From positions 592,988-656,987 of the forward strand of contig CAWAMB010000004.1 of NCBI GenBank assembly GCA_963783055.1: a stretch of 64,000 nucleotides of DNA, given 5' to 3'. Below are positions 39,961 to 51,377 of the stretch, piece by piece. The notes below the pieces were generated by a model. That model was not told the origin of the DNA and ran no database searches. It was given only the letters and a program-made list of their open reading frames with translations. Position 1 is the stretch's first letter. Each line of letters begins with the position of its first letter. The position numbers and the translations under genes were made by a program. The DNA is from an uncultured Chloroflexia bacterium. Lineage in GTDB: Bacteria > Chloroflexota > Limnocylindria > Limnocylindrales > CSP1-4.

Positions 39961-40059
39961 ATCGGCCCGTAACGCCCGCACCACGGTCATTCGGCAAGAA
40001 ACGGGCCCGATCCGGCCCGTAACGCCCGCACTGCGGACATTTGGCGAAACGCGGCGCCG
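39961..40059 (+). repeat. tandem pair of about 49-bp direct repeats (ATCGGCCCGTAACGCCCGCAC..CGG.CATT.GGC.AAACG)
   Basis: Direct reading gives two adjacent copies. A related rearranged copy (CACTGCGGA + CCCGTAACGGCCCGC within a palindrome) lies at about 25701-25736. Confidence 0.7.
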
Positions 40060-40130
40060 TGGGCGTGGCACCCGCCGCCGGGCCTGCGACCGCGGGCACC
40101 CGCCCGCCGCTTGCCATACCCTTCCCGCTC

Positions 40131-40559
40131 GTGACGATCTCGACGCCGCCGGTCCAGTACAAGGGCGACGACCTCGACCCGCAGCGTGGTCCCGGCCTCG
40201 GCTGCTTCCGGTTCCAGCTGATCACTCTTGGCATCTTCATCGTCCTGACGCCGCTCACCGTCGCCTGGCAATGGCCCGAGGCGATCAGCGCGGTCCTCCT
40301 GTTCGCGGTCGTGATCCTGCTCCTCATCACCGGCCAGACGATCATCTTCCTGCTCCGCCTCGTGGCCGCCGACCGGCGCGGTCGGCGCCGGCCGCTCGGC
40401 AGTGCAACGAAGACCGTCGGCGAGCTCGAGGACGCGGCTGGGCCGCCGCCACCCGGCGCCGATGACGCGGTCGCGGAGACCCCACCGGCCACCCCGCCAT
40501 CGGGCGATCCCGGGCTCGACGAGCTGCCCCCGTCGGGCGAAGGCCCCGTGCGACAATAG
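40131..40559 (+). CDS. small membrane protein (2 TM) with Pro-rich C-terminus
   Basis: Locally lower GC with clear third-position codon bias; hydrophobic core LITLGIFIVLTPLTVAWQWPEAISAVLLFAVVILLLITGQTIIFLL. The start is ambiguous (ATG at 40041 lies inside the repeat; GTG at 40131). Confidence 0.45.
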   Translation: MTISTPPVQYKGDDLDPQRGPGLGCFRFQLITLGIFIVLTPLTVAWQWPEAISAVLLFAVVILLLITGQTIIFLLRLVAADRRGRRRPLGSATKTVGELEDAAGPPPPGADDAVAETPPATPPSGDPGLDELPPSGEGPVRQ

Positions 40560-40630
40560 GCGGCCCCGGTGCCGCCGGGCGACGCTGACCGATCGGCACC
40601 CGGGATCGGTGGAGGAGGAACCGCAGGACC

Positions 40631-40957
40631 GTGCCCGTTCTCGCGACGTACTTCTCCGTTCGTCGAGGCCGCGACGCCTTCTTCAAGTTCTACATGCGCA
40701 CCCTGTTCGCGCGCCAGGTCCGCGAGTACGAGGCCAAATACGGCATCAAGTTCCTCGGCTGGTACAACGTCGCCCATGGCTGGGACTTCGACAACGTGAT
40801 CCTGCTCGATCTGCCTGACTACGCGACACTGGACAAGCTCGAGGCGGACGAAAGCCTGCGAGCGCTCGGCCACCGCGCCGGCGAATGGATCTTCCAACGG
40901 CACCACTCGATGTTCCTCCGCGAGCGGATGGGACCCGATCTCGAATACCACGGCTGA
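40631..40957 (+). CDS. small hypothetical protein (alpha+beta, possibly Dabb/EthD-like)
   Basis: 108 aa, GTG start, good codon bias, no low complexity. Confidence 0.45.
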   Translation: MPVLATYFSVRRGRDAFFKFYMRTLFARQVREYEAKYGIKFLGWYNVAHGWDFDNVILLDLPDYATLDKLEADESLRALGHRAGEWIFQRHHSMFLRERMGPDLEYHG

Positions 40958-41024
40958 GGCGAGCAACCAGATGTCGATCCGCAGAACCGCAACACCGCAG
41001 CCGGATGATGGGAGGCGAACCGCG

Positions 41025-42029
41025 ATGGACACGAGCCGCAACGACCTGCTCGGGGCGATCGCGGCCGACGCCGCCCTCGAGCGCTCCGACTTCCTGGTCC
41101 AGGCGACGGACCAGCTCCGCAAGTTCCTCGATGCCAACAAGAACCGGATCAGCGAGCTCGGCGGCCTCGTCCTCATCGACGAAGACCCCGACTACCTGTC
41201 GATCGCCCCGGATCTGACCTTCCGCAGCCGGACCCGCTATCTCGACGACCTGACCGGCGAGTGGACGTCCGAGACCGAGGTCATCGAGAGCGCCTCCGAG
41301 CTGGTCGAGCTCTACAACCCGGCCGACCTCTACCAGGCGTTCGCCGACGCGGCGCGCGAGGCGGCCGGCCTCGACGCCGAGCCGACGGCCGAGGGCGACC
41401 TCCTGGACGCGGCCGGGATCGGCGTGGACGAAGGCATCACCATCGGTGGGCCCGATCCGTACGCCGCGGCGGCCGACGAGTGGGCAGCGACCCAGCCCGA
41501 GCCCGTCGAGGTCGACGACGACGAGCTCGCGGCCCAGCGCCTCTACGACCTGGCCCTCGAGTTCCAGGAGCGGAGCCAGCGCAGCGAGGCGCGCCTCCTC
41601 GAGCAGTTCGAGGATGCGAGCTCCGTCCTGACGAGCAAGATCGGCGACCTGATCGTCAACGACGACGATGACGAGCGGCTCACGCTCACCGCGTCCGGCG
41701 AGTTCCGGGCCGAGGTCCTCACCGAGGAGGACAACGAGTGGCGCCCGCTCGGGACCGCCGAGGAGCTCGTCGAGTATTACGACCCGACCGACGTGTTCGG
41801 CGACCTGGCCGATGCGCTGGCCGAGGCCTTCCCGTCGATCGCGCCCGAGATCGCGGCGTTCGAGGCCGGCGCTGAGGGCGAGGCCGAGAACGACGAGTCC
41901 GACGAGGACGACGACGGCGAGGACGATGACGAGTCCGACTCCGACGAGGAGGACGGCGCGGCCGAGGCGGCCGGCAACGCGGTCGCCGACGACGGCTCGA
42001 CCCCGGCGGAGGGCGACGCCCGCAAGTGA
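41025..42029 (+). CDS. highly acidic protein with internal duplication and poly-Asp/Glu tail
   Basis: Two about 50-aa repeats (TGEWTSETEVIESASELVELYNPADLYQAFADAA / EDNEWRPLGTAEELVEYYDPTDVFGDLADALAEA). The C-terminus is ENDESDEDDDGEDDDESDSDEED. The stop overlaps the pyrK start. Confidence 0.55.
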   Translation: MDTSRNDLLGAIAADAALERSDFLVQATDQLRKFLDANKNRISELGGLVLIDEDPDYLSIAPDLTFRSRTRYLDDLTGEWTSETEVIESASELVELYNPADLYQAFADAAREAAGLDAEPTAEGDLLDAAGIGVDEGITIGGPDPYAAAADEWAATQPEPVEVDDDELAAQRLYDLALEFQERSQRSEARLLEQFEDASSVLTSKIGDLIVNDDDDERLTLTASGEFRAEVLTEEDNEWRPLGTAEELVEYYDPTDVFGDLADALAEAFPSIAPEIAAFEAGAEGEAENDESDEDDDGEDDDESDSDEEDGAAEAAGNAVADDGSTPAEGDARK

Positions 42030-42892
42030 CCATGCGCCTGGTCCGGACCGAGCTGGTCGACAGCCGGGAGTTCCTCCCGGGCCAGTGGCTCCAGTCGTTT
42101 CTCGCGCCCGAGCTGGCGGTCGGTGCCCGGGCCGGTCAGTTCGTCCATGCCCGGACCGGCGATCTGTCGGGGCTCGTCCTGCGCCGGCCGTTCTCGATCA
42201 ACACCGCCGATCCGGCGACGGGCGTGATCACGATCCACTTCCGGACGATCGGGCGCGGGACCGAGTGGTTCACCCACCTCCGGCCGGGCGACACGGTCGA
42301 CATGCTGGGACCGCTGGGGCGCCCATTCGAGGTGGATCCGCGGTCGCGCCATCTGCTGCTGATCGCGGGCGGCCTCGGGATGGCCGGCGTGCGCTCGCTG
42401 GCCGACGAGGCGTTGCGCGACGGCCGCCAGGTCACGGTCCTGTTCGGCGCCGCGTCGGCACGCGAGGTCTACCCGTCGTCGCTCCTGCCGGACGAGGTCG
42501 AGTACATCATCGCGACCGACGACGGCTCGGTCGGCCACCACGGGTTCGTGACCGAGCTCGTGCCGCAGTACGAGGCGTGGGCGGACCAGGCGTTCGCCTG
42601 CGGACCGGCGCCGATGCTCGCCGCGCTGGCGCGGCAGGCGGCGGGGCGACGCGAGCGACTCGGCGTGGCGAAGCTCGGGCGGAAGCGGGGGAGCGGCAAG
42701 CCGGACGTGGTGGGCTCGCCGGCGGCGCGACGGAAGGCGTTCCTCCAGGTCTCGATGGAGCAGAACATGGGCTGCGCGGTCGGAGCGTGCCTGGGCTGCG
42801 TGATCCTCGGCACGAACGGCCAGCCGCAACGGGTCTGCCGCGAGGGCCCGGTGTTCGCGGCGGACGAAGTCGCGTGGGACGCGGGCTGGTGA
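42026..42892 (+). CDS. pyrK: dihydroorotate dehydrogenase electron-transfer subunit PyrK
   Basis: FNR-like fold (RRPFSI, LLLIAGGLGMAGV) plus C-terminal C-x4-C-x2-C Fe-S cysteines (CAVGACLGC...C). Confidence 0.85.
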   Translation: MTMRLVRTELVDSREFLPGQWLQSFLAPELAVGARAGQFVHARTGDLSGLVLRRPFSINTADPATGVITIHFRTIGRGTEWFTHLRPGDTVDMLGPLGRPFEVDPRSRHLLLIAGGLGMAGVRSLADEALRDGRQVTVLFGAASAREVYPSSLLPDEVEYIIATDDGSVGHHGFVTELVPQYEAWADQAFACGPAPMLAALARQAAGRRERLGVAKLGRKRGSGKPDVVGSPAARRKAFLQVSMEQNMGCAVGACLGCVILGTNGQPQRVCREGPVFAADEVAWDAGW

Positions 42893-43085
42893 GCGTCGTG
42901 TGGTCACCGCGCTGGGTGGCCTTGGTCCGCCCGGCGGGCCAAACGACGGCCGGAGGCTCGTCCGGACGTCATCTGGTCCGCCGCGCGGTTCAGGGGACGG
43001 CTGAGGGGCAAGATTCGGGCCGTCGCGCACGGCCCAGCCGTCGCTTGGCCCGCGGCGCGGACCACAATCGGCCCGAGGGACGGCA

Positions 43086-44240
43086 GTGAAGGCGAAGCGG
43101 AAGGTCACCACGACGCCGGTGACGCGTCGGGGTGGGATCCAGCGTGGACCGACGCCGCGGCGGAAGCAGGCGGCCGGCGCTCTGCCGGCGGCTGTTCCCG
43201 CCTCGCCCGTGCGTCCCGCGAGAGGGGCCACGTCCCGAGTCGAGGCGGTCGCCGAGCCGGAGCGAGCCGCGGCCGTCGTCGAGGTCGACCTGTCGGTCGA
43301 TCTCGGGCGCGGCCTCATCCTGCCGAACCCGATCCTGGTCGCGTCGGGGACGTTCGGCTACGGAATCGAGTACGGCGACGTCGTCGAGGTCGATCGCCTC
43401 GGCGGGATCTGCTGCAAGGGCACGACCCTCAAGCCGCGGATCGGGAACGTCACGCCGCGGGTGACCGAGACGCCGGGCGGCATGTTGAACTCGATCGGCC
43501 TCCAGAACCCCGGGGTCGATGCCGTCATCGAGAAGTACGCCGAGACGTGGGTCGGCTGGAAGACGCCGGTCATCGTGAATGTCGCCGGCGAATCCGTGGC
43601 CGACTACGTCGAGGTCGTGCGACGACTCGATGGCGTGCCCGGCGTGGCCGGGATCGAGCTGAACATCTCGTGCCCGAACGTCGGGCGCGGCGGGCTCCAG
43701 TTCGCGATCGATGCCGGGGCCGCGGGCGAGGTGACGGCGGCGGTCCGGCGGGCCACCGACCTGCCGCTGCTCGTGAAGCTCTCGCCGAACGTCGCCGATG
43801 TTCGCCCGATCGCCCGGGCGATCGCGGATGCCGGCGCCGACGCCCTGACCGCGATCAACACCCTGTCGGGGATCGCGATCGCGCCGTCGCGCACCAAGCC
43901 GCTGCTCGGCAACATCTACGGCGGCCTGTCCGGACCGGCCGTGAAGCCAGTCGCGCTGCGGATCGTCTACGAGGTGAGCCAGATCGTCGACATCCCCGTC
44001 ATCGCGATCGGTGGCGTGACGGAGCTGGCGGACGTGCTCGACTTCCTGGCGGTCGGCGCCGTCGCGGTCCAGGTCGGCACGGCGATCTTCGCCGACCCGA
44101 CCCTGCCGGTCCGCCTCGTCGACGAGCTCGAGGCCGTGTGCCGGGCACGCGGCCTGGCGACCTACGCCGACCTGATCGGGACCGCGCTGCCGCGCAAGCC
44201 GGGCGCGCCGTCGTCGAAGGGCGTCGAATACCGCCCGTGA
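43086..44240 (+). CDS. pyrD: dihydroorotate dehydrogenase catalytic subunit (class 1B) with about 70-aa basic N-terminal extension
   Basis: Core from LILPNPILVASGTFGYG through the CPN and GG motifs. The listed GTG start at 43086 adds a Lys/Arg/Pro-rich 70 aa. There is a 194-bp gap after pyrK. Confidence 0.8.
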   Translation: MKAKRKVTTTPVTRRGGIQRGPTPRRKQAAGALPAAVPASPVRPARGATSRVEAVAEPERAAAVVEVDLSVDLGRGLILPNPILVASGTFGYGIEYGDVVEVDRLGGICCKGTTLKPRIGNVTPRVTETPGGMLNSIGLQNPGVDAVIEKYAETWVGWKTPVIVNVAGESVADYVEVVRRLDGVPGVAGIELNISCPNVGRGGLQFAIDAGAAGEVTAAVRRATDLPLLVKLSPNVADVRPIARAIADAGADALTAINTLSGIAIAPSRTKPLLGNIYGGLSGPAVKPVALRIVYEVSQIVDIPVIAIGGVTELADVLDFLAVGAVAVQVGTAIFADPTLPVRLVDELEAVCRARGLATYADLIGTALPRKPGAPSSKGVEYRP

Positions 44241-45391
44241 CCGTGCCCGTCCTCGTTCAGACCCTCACCGCCCGCCAGCTCAACCGGGCGACCCTTGCCC
44301 GCCAGCTCCTCCTCCGGCGCGAGAAGCTCGGCGTGGTCGAGGCCGTCCACCGCGTCGTGGCCCTCCAGGCCCAGGAACCCGCCTCGCCGTATCTCGCCCT
44401 GTGGAACCGCATCAAGGGCCTGGATCCTGCGGACGTCGACGCCGCCTTTGCGTCCCACGCGATCGTCAAGGCCGGCCTGCTGCGGATCACCCTGCATGCC
44501 GTCGACGCGGCTGACTACCCGGCCTTCCACACCGCGATGACGCGGACCCTTCGAGCCGCGCGCCTCGGCGATTCCCGGTTCACCGGGAGCGGCCTGTCGA
44601 TCGAGCAGGTCGATGCCGTGGTCCCGCGCCTGGTCGAGCATGCGGCGACGGCCCGGACGAACGCCGAGATGGACGCGTTTCTCGATGCGCACTTCGGCGG
44701 GCTGCCGGACCACGGTCCCTGGTGGGCGCTGCGCACGTTTGCGCCGCTGGTCCACAGTCCGACCGGTCCGCCGTGGTCGTTCGGGCTGCGGCCGTCGTAC
44801 GTCGCGGCTCGCGCCACGGGCGACCGGCCGGACCTCGATGCGGCGGCGCGCTACCTCGTCCGGCGCTACCTCGAGGGGTTCGGCCCGGCCACCATCGCCG
44901 ACATCGCCCAGTTCTCGGTGCGCTACCGAGCGATCGTCCGCGAGGCCGTCGACGCCATGACCGACGAGCTCGTGGTCTATCGCGGGCCCGGCCGCGCGCC
45001 GCTCTACGACGTCCCGGGCGCGCTGCTTCCGGACGAGGACTCAGCGGCCCCGCCGCGCCTCCTGCCGATGTGGGACAGCGTCCTGATGGCGTACGACGAC
45101 CGGAGCCGGGTGATCCCGCCCGAGTACCGCCGCCGGCTGATCCACCAGAACGGCGACGTGCTGCCCAGCCTGCTGGTCGACGGCCATGTCGCCGGCGTGT
45201 GGCGCCCGGTCGAGGGCGGCATCGAGGCCAGCGCGTTCCACCGGCTTCCCGCCGGCGTCTGGCGCGGTCTCGAAGGCGAAGCCTCGGCCCTGCGCTCGTT
45301 CCTGTCCGATCGCGACCCGCAGGTCTTCCGCCGCTTCGGCCACTGGTGGAAGACGCTCGACGCGGCGGAGGTTCGCGTCATCGGCGGCTGA
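44237..45391 (+). CDS. AlkZ/YcaQ-like winged-helix DNA-binding protein, paralog 2
   Basis: GTG overlaps the pyrD TGA (GTGA). About 384 aa with the same family blocks as 11032-12132 (LHAVDAADYPAFH vs similar, C-terminal GG-W motif). Confidence 0.7.
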   Translation: MTVPVLVQTLTARQLNRATLARQLLLRREKLGVVEAVHRVVALQAQEPASPYLALWNRIKGLDPADVDAAFASHAIVKAGLLRITLHAVDAADYPAFHTAMTRTLRAARLGDSRFTGSGLSIEQVDAVVPRLVEHAATARTNAEMDAFLDAHFGGLPDHGPWWALRTFAPLVHSPTGPPWSFGLRPSYVAARATGDRPDLDAAARYLVRRYLEGFGPATIADIAQFSVRYRAIVREAVDAMTDELVVYRGPGRAPLYDVPGALLPDEDSAAPPRLLPMWDSVLMAYDDRSRVIPPEYRRRLIHQNGDVLPSLLVDGHVAGVWRPVEGGIEASAFHRLPAGVWRGLEGEASALRSFLSDRDPQVFRRFGHWWKTLDAAEVRVIGG

Positions 45392-45423
45392 GCCCGACGA
45401 CCGACCGCGGCTAGACTTCGACG

Positions 45424-46119
45424 GTGACCACGATCAAGCCCGGCGTCGAGCTCGCCGCGCGGACCGCCGCCGCCCGCCGGACCGAGGAGCTGTTCCGCTC
45501 GTCCGGCGCGCTGCGCGAGGGCCACTTCCAGCTCAAGAGCGGCCGTCACGGCGATGCCTACGTCGAGAAGTTCGCCGTCCTGTCCGATCCGGCCGCGACG
45601 AGCGAGCTGTGCGGCTTCTGGGCCGGCGCGTTCGCCGCGCGGGGGGTGGACGGGGGCGAGGCCGCCGGCGCCCGGGTCGACCTGGTCGCGGGGCCGACCA
45701 CGGGCGGCGTCATCCTGGCGTTCGAGACCGGCCGACAGCTCGGCGTCCGGGCGATCTTCGCCGAGGAGGTGAAGGACGCCGATGGGACGCCGCGGCGCGA
45801 GTTCCGGCGCGGCTTCCGGATCGCGCGGGGCGAGCGCGTCCTGCTCGTCGACGACATCCTGACGACCGGCGGCTCGCTCCTGGCGATGCTGCCCGCGGTC
45901 GAGGCGATGGGCGGCGAGATCATCGAGTGCGTCGTGCTCGTCGACCGGAGCCGCGGCGGAACGAACACCCTCACGTCGCCGACCACCGGCCGGACGTATC
46001 CACTGCGATCGCTCTGGCGCCTCGACCTCCCGACCTACGAACCGGGCCCCGACACGTGCCCGCGCTGCGCCGACGGCACGCCGCTCCACACGCCGGGGAG
46101 CAGCGGGACCGGGACGTGA
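45424..46119 (+). CDS. pyrE: orotate phosphoribosyltransferase
   Basis: 231 aa; HFQLKSGRHGDAYVEKF and VLLVDDILTTGGS PRPP motif. Confidence 0.85.
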   Translation: MTTIKPGVELAARTAAARRTEELFRSSGALREGHFQLKSGRHGDAYVEKFAVLSDPAATSELCGFWAGAFAARGVDGGEAAGARVDLVAGPTTGGVILAFETGRQLGVRAIFAEEVKDADGTPRREFRRGFRIARGERVLLVDDILTTGGSLLAMLPAVEAMGGEIIECVVLVDRSRGGTNTLTSPTTGRTYPLRSLWRLDLPTYEPGPDTCPRCADGTPLHTPGSSGTGT

Positions 46120-46508
46120 CCGTCCCGGCAGCCACGGCGTCAGGGTCACCCGCCGCGGCGCCCGCTGCCGCTCCCGGGCGGCGCCGCCTGGTCGTGCTGG
46201 TCGCCATTGCCGTCGCCGTCGTCGCCCTCGCGATTGCCGCCGCGACGATCCTCGGCGGCCCGGGCCGCCAGGTCGAGACGGGGATCGTCGTGTCCGTCGA
46301 GGCGACCAGCCTGAGCGCCGTCCAGGGGTTCTCGATCCGGACCACCGACGGTCGGACGGTCGACTTCCGGATCGGCCAGCTCGAGACCGCGTCGACGTTC
46401 CCGCCCGGGCATCTCGCCGAGCACAAGGTCACCCTCGTGCCGGTCCAGGTGACCTTCGTCCAGCGTGACGGTGGCCGGGTCGCGGTTCGGATCGAGGACG
46501 CGCCCTGA
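46116..46508 (+). CDS. small membrane-anchored hypothetical protein
   Basis: GTG overlaps the pyrE stop (GTGA). TM helix LVVLVAIAVAVVALAIAAATI followed by a beta-rich domain of about 90 aa. Confidence 0.5.
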   Translation: MTVPAATASGSPAAAPAAAPGRRRLVVLVAIAVAVVALAIAAATILGGPGRQVETGIVVSVEATSLSAVQGFSIRTTDGRTVDFRIGQLETASTFPPGHLAEHKVTLVPVQVTFVQRDGGRVAVRIEDAP

Positions 46509-46518
46509 CCGCCGCATC

Positions 46519-46570
46519 GCGCCGCGCCGCGCGAGCGCCGCGCCGCGCGAGCGCCGCGCGAGCGCCGCCG
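46519..46570 (+). repeat. GC-rich 16-bp tandem repeat (cgccgcgcgagcgccg x about 3)
   Basis: Direct reading; located between convergent genes. Confidence 0.7.
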
Positions 46571-46590
46571 TAGCGGCAATGTCGGCCCCT

Positions 46591-47533
46591 CAGCCGGCGC
46601 CTCGACCTGCTTGATCGCGGCCTCGATCTCCTCGGGTGAGAAGACGAGCTCGAACGAGGCCTTGACGATCCCGTCGGCGCCGACGACGAACACGTACGGC
46701 TCGGTCGACAGCTTGAACACATTCGTTGCCTCGACCGGAACCGGGTATCCCTGGGCGTCGAGAACCGGCTGGAGCTGCCCCGCGTCGTCCTTGAGCTGGT
46801 ATGGCTCGACGTTGATGATCGTCAGCTCGGGGTGGGCCGCCGCGACCGGCTTCAGCTTGTCGAGCGTCGGACCGCACGTCGCGGTCTGGCAGAACTTGGG
46901 CGTCGCGAAGACGAGGACAAACGGCTTCTTCGCCGCCAGGGCATCGGCGACCGAGGTCTCGTAGAAGCGTTTCTCGGGCGTTGCGTCGGTCGAGATCTTC
47001 GCCACGTCCCCGCCGACGTCCTCGAGGGTGGGCGTGTCGACCGAGGGCGCCCGATCGCCGGCGGACACGACCTCGAGCCGCTCGCGAACGTCGAAGCCGA
47101 AGGTCATCGTCTCCGTCGCTGAGCCGGCGGCGGACGTCGTGAAATCCGCAGTCCATTGGCCCGCCGACGGGAACGTGGCGTGACCGACGTACACGCCGTT
47201 CACGCCCTCGATCGCCCAGATGAACGCCTGCGGCGCGGGGGCGATCGTCTCGCCGTTGGGGCCGTGATACCCGATCGTCAGCGTTCGATCCGGCCCGGCG
47301 ACCTGCTTCTGCCCGCTCGAGTCGGTCAAGGTGAAGACGACCCGGTTGTCGCCGACACGGAACGCGCTCGTGACCTGATTCGGGAGGATCCGGGCGGCGG
47401 CGCCGGAGCCCGACGGCGCGATCGACTTGTCGGGCACGGGCGACGGCGCCACGGTCGGGCCGGTCGAGCCGCACGCCGCGACCACGACGGTGAGCGCGGC
47501 GATCAGGGCCGCGCGCCTGTGGAGGGAGGTCAT
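46591..47533 (-). CDS. thioredoxin-fold lipoprotein (possible Sco/TlpA-like copper-chaperone family), 3' end uncertain
   Basis: Signal plus lipobox (LIAALTVVVAAC); KPFVLVFATPKFCQTATCGPT redox/metal motif in the C-terminal domain. The listed ORF has no stop until 45971 and runs antisense through pyrE, so a frameshift or mis-called end is likely near the tandem repeat (candidate stop about 46591). Confidence 0.5.
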
Positions 47534-47669
47534 GGAGACAGCCTAGGGCGAGTCGCTCACCCACGCTTTGCGCGACGGGGTTGGCGCTCGCCCCACGCTA
47601 GAATGGCCGACGAGCCGGGCGAGCCCCGGCGGAGCCTGCTGTCCGCACCCCGCCTCCCCGAGGAGCCTC

Positions 47670-49553
<1,884 letters not shown>

Positions 49554-49642
49554 CGCGTCCGGCGACGACCTGCAACGCGCCCGCGACGATCCGGCGGCTG
49601 GGGCAATCGGACGGCAACGCGAACGGCTGCCACACTCCGGCC

Positions 49643-51374
49643 ATGGACCTTCACTTCCTCGGCGGTGCCACCACCGTCACCGGCTCCCAGTTCCTGCTCG
49701 AGACCGGCCGGGCCCGCGTCCTCATCGACTGCGGCATGTTCCAGGGCAGCCCGAACGAGGCGATGCGCAACCGCGTCCCGCTGGCGTTCGACCCGGCGGA
49801 CCTCGACGTCATGCTCCTGACCCACGCCCACCTCGACCATTGCGGCCTGATCCCCCACGTCGTGAAGCAGGGCTACCGCGGCCGGATCATCGCGACCGCC
49901 GGGACCTGCGAGCTGGCCGAGCTCGTCCTCCTCGACTCCGGCAAGCTCCAGCAGGAGTTCGCGAAGCGCGAGGCGCGCTGGGAGAAGAAGCACCCCGACA
50001 AGGTCGCCGAGGACGATCGCAAGGAGCAGGACCTCTACCAGGCCGCGGTCGACCTCGCCGAAGGCCGGGTCGAGGCGCCCGCCTCCAACGAGCGAACCGA
50101 CGACGCGCCGCCGCCGATCGCGCCCGAGGCCACGTCGGAGTCGGCGACGCTGGCGTCGGCTGCGGTGTCCGAGGAGCCCGCCCAGGAGGCGACCATGGGC
50201 GCCGCCGTCGGTGCCGCCGTCGGCGCCGTTGCGCTGAAAGCCATCCACGACTTCGAGGCCGACCTGCGCGGGCAGCCGCCCGAGGTGATGATCGACCTCG
50301 ACGAGCCGCTCTACGACGCCCGCGACGCGGAAGCCGCGATCGAGCACTTCGACGCCATCGACTACGACGAGGAACGGGAGGTCGCGCCGGGCGTCCACGC
50401 GACGTATCTCGACGCCGGCCACATCCTCGGCTCCGCGATCATCCGCCTCCGAGTCGAAGCAGCCGGTCCCGGCGGCGCTGGTCCCGAGCGCGAGACGACG
50501 ATCGTGTTCTCGGGCGACCTCGGCCGGCCCGGCACGCCGATCATCCGCGACCCGACGATCCTGCGCGACGCCGACTACCTGCTCGTCGAGTCGACGTACG
50601 GCGGGCGCGAGCACGAGCCGGAGCAGGAAGCGATCCGCATCCTCGCCGAGACCGTCCGGATGGTGTCCGATGCGGGCGGCGTGCTGCTCGTCCCGTCGTT
50701 CGCGATCGGGCGGACCCAGGAGATCGTGTACGCCCTCGATCGGCTTCTCGAGCAGGGCAAGATCCCCGAGCTGCCGCTGTACCTCGACTCGCCGATGGCG
50801 TCGAAGGCCTCCGACATCTACCGCCGTCACCCGGAGTACGTACGACGAGGAGGCCGGTCGCCTCTTGCGCTCGGGCGATTCGCCGCTCGACTACCCGAAC
50901 CAGACGGTCACCCGCGACGTCCACGAGTCGCAGCGGATCGCCCAGGCGCCGCGGCCGTACATGATCGTGGCGTCGAACGGCATGCTGACCGGCGGCCGGG
51001 TCCTCGGCCACCTCCGGAACCTCATCGGCGATTCGGCCGCGACGCTGCTGTTCGTCGGCTACCAGGGTGAGGGCACGCTCGGCGCCCACCTCCAGGCCGG
51101 GGCGAAGGTCGTCAAGCTCGACGGCCAGGAGCGCGAGGTCCACTGCCAGGTCCGGTCGATCAGCGGGTTCTCGGCCCACGCCGACGAGCCCGAGCTGCTC
51201 GACTGGCTCGGCCACTTCGCCGAGGGCAAGTCGGCCGGTGAGCCCGGCTTCCCGAAGACCGTCTTCCTCGTCCATGGCGATCCGGAGGCCCAGATCGCGA
51301 TCGAGCCGAAGGTCCAGGCCCTCGGCTTCACGACGAAGATCCCGCGCTGGCGGGAGACGGTGACGCTGGGCTGA
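49643..51374 (+). CDS. MBL-fold beta-CASP hydrolase (RNA-metabolising metallo-beta-lactamase family), frameshift near 50838
   Basis: LLTHAHLDHCG (HxHxDH) and beta-CASP motifs. The first 1195 nt are in the frame of the 1304-aa listed ORF; the C-terminal 180 aa (GFSAHAD, LVHGD) are in the frame of ORF 50670-51374. The junction gagtacGtacgacgag implies a 1-bp indel. Confidence 0.7.
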
Positions 51375-51377
51375 GGG

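Noticed and set aside
39839-41176. Upstream about 445 codons of ORF 39377-41176
   Set aside because: Low-complexity, and crosses two plus-strand genes with good codon bias; only the C-terminal lipoprotein (39377-39838) is protein-like.
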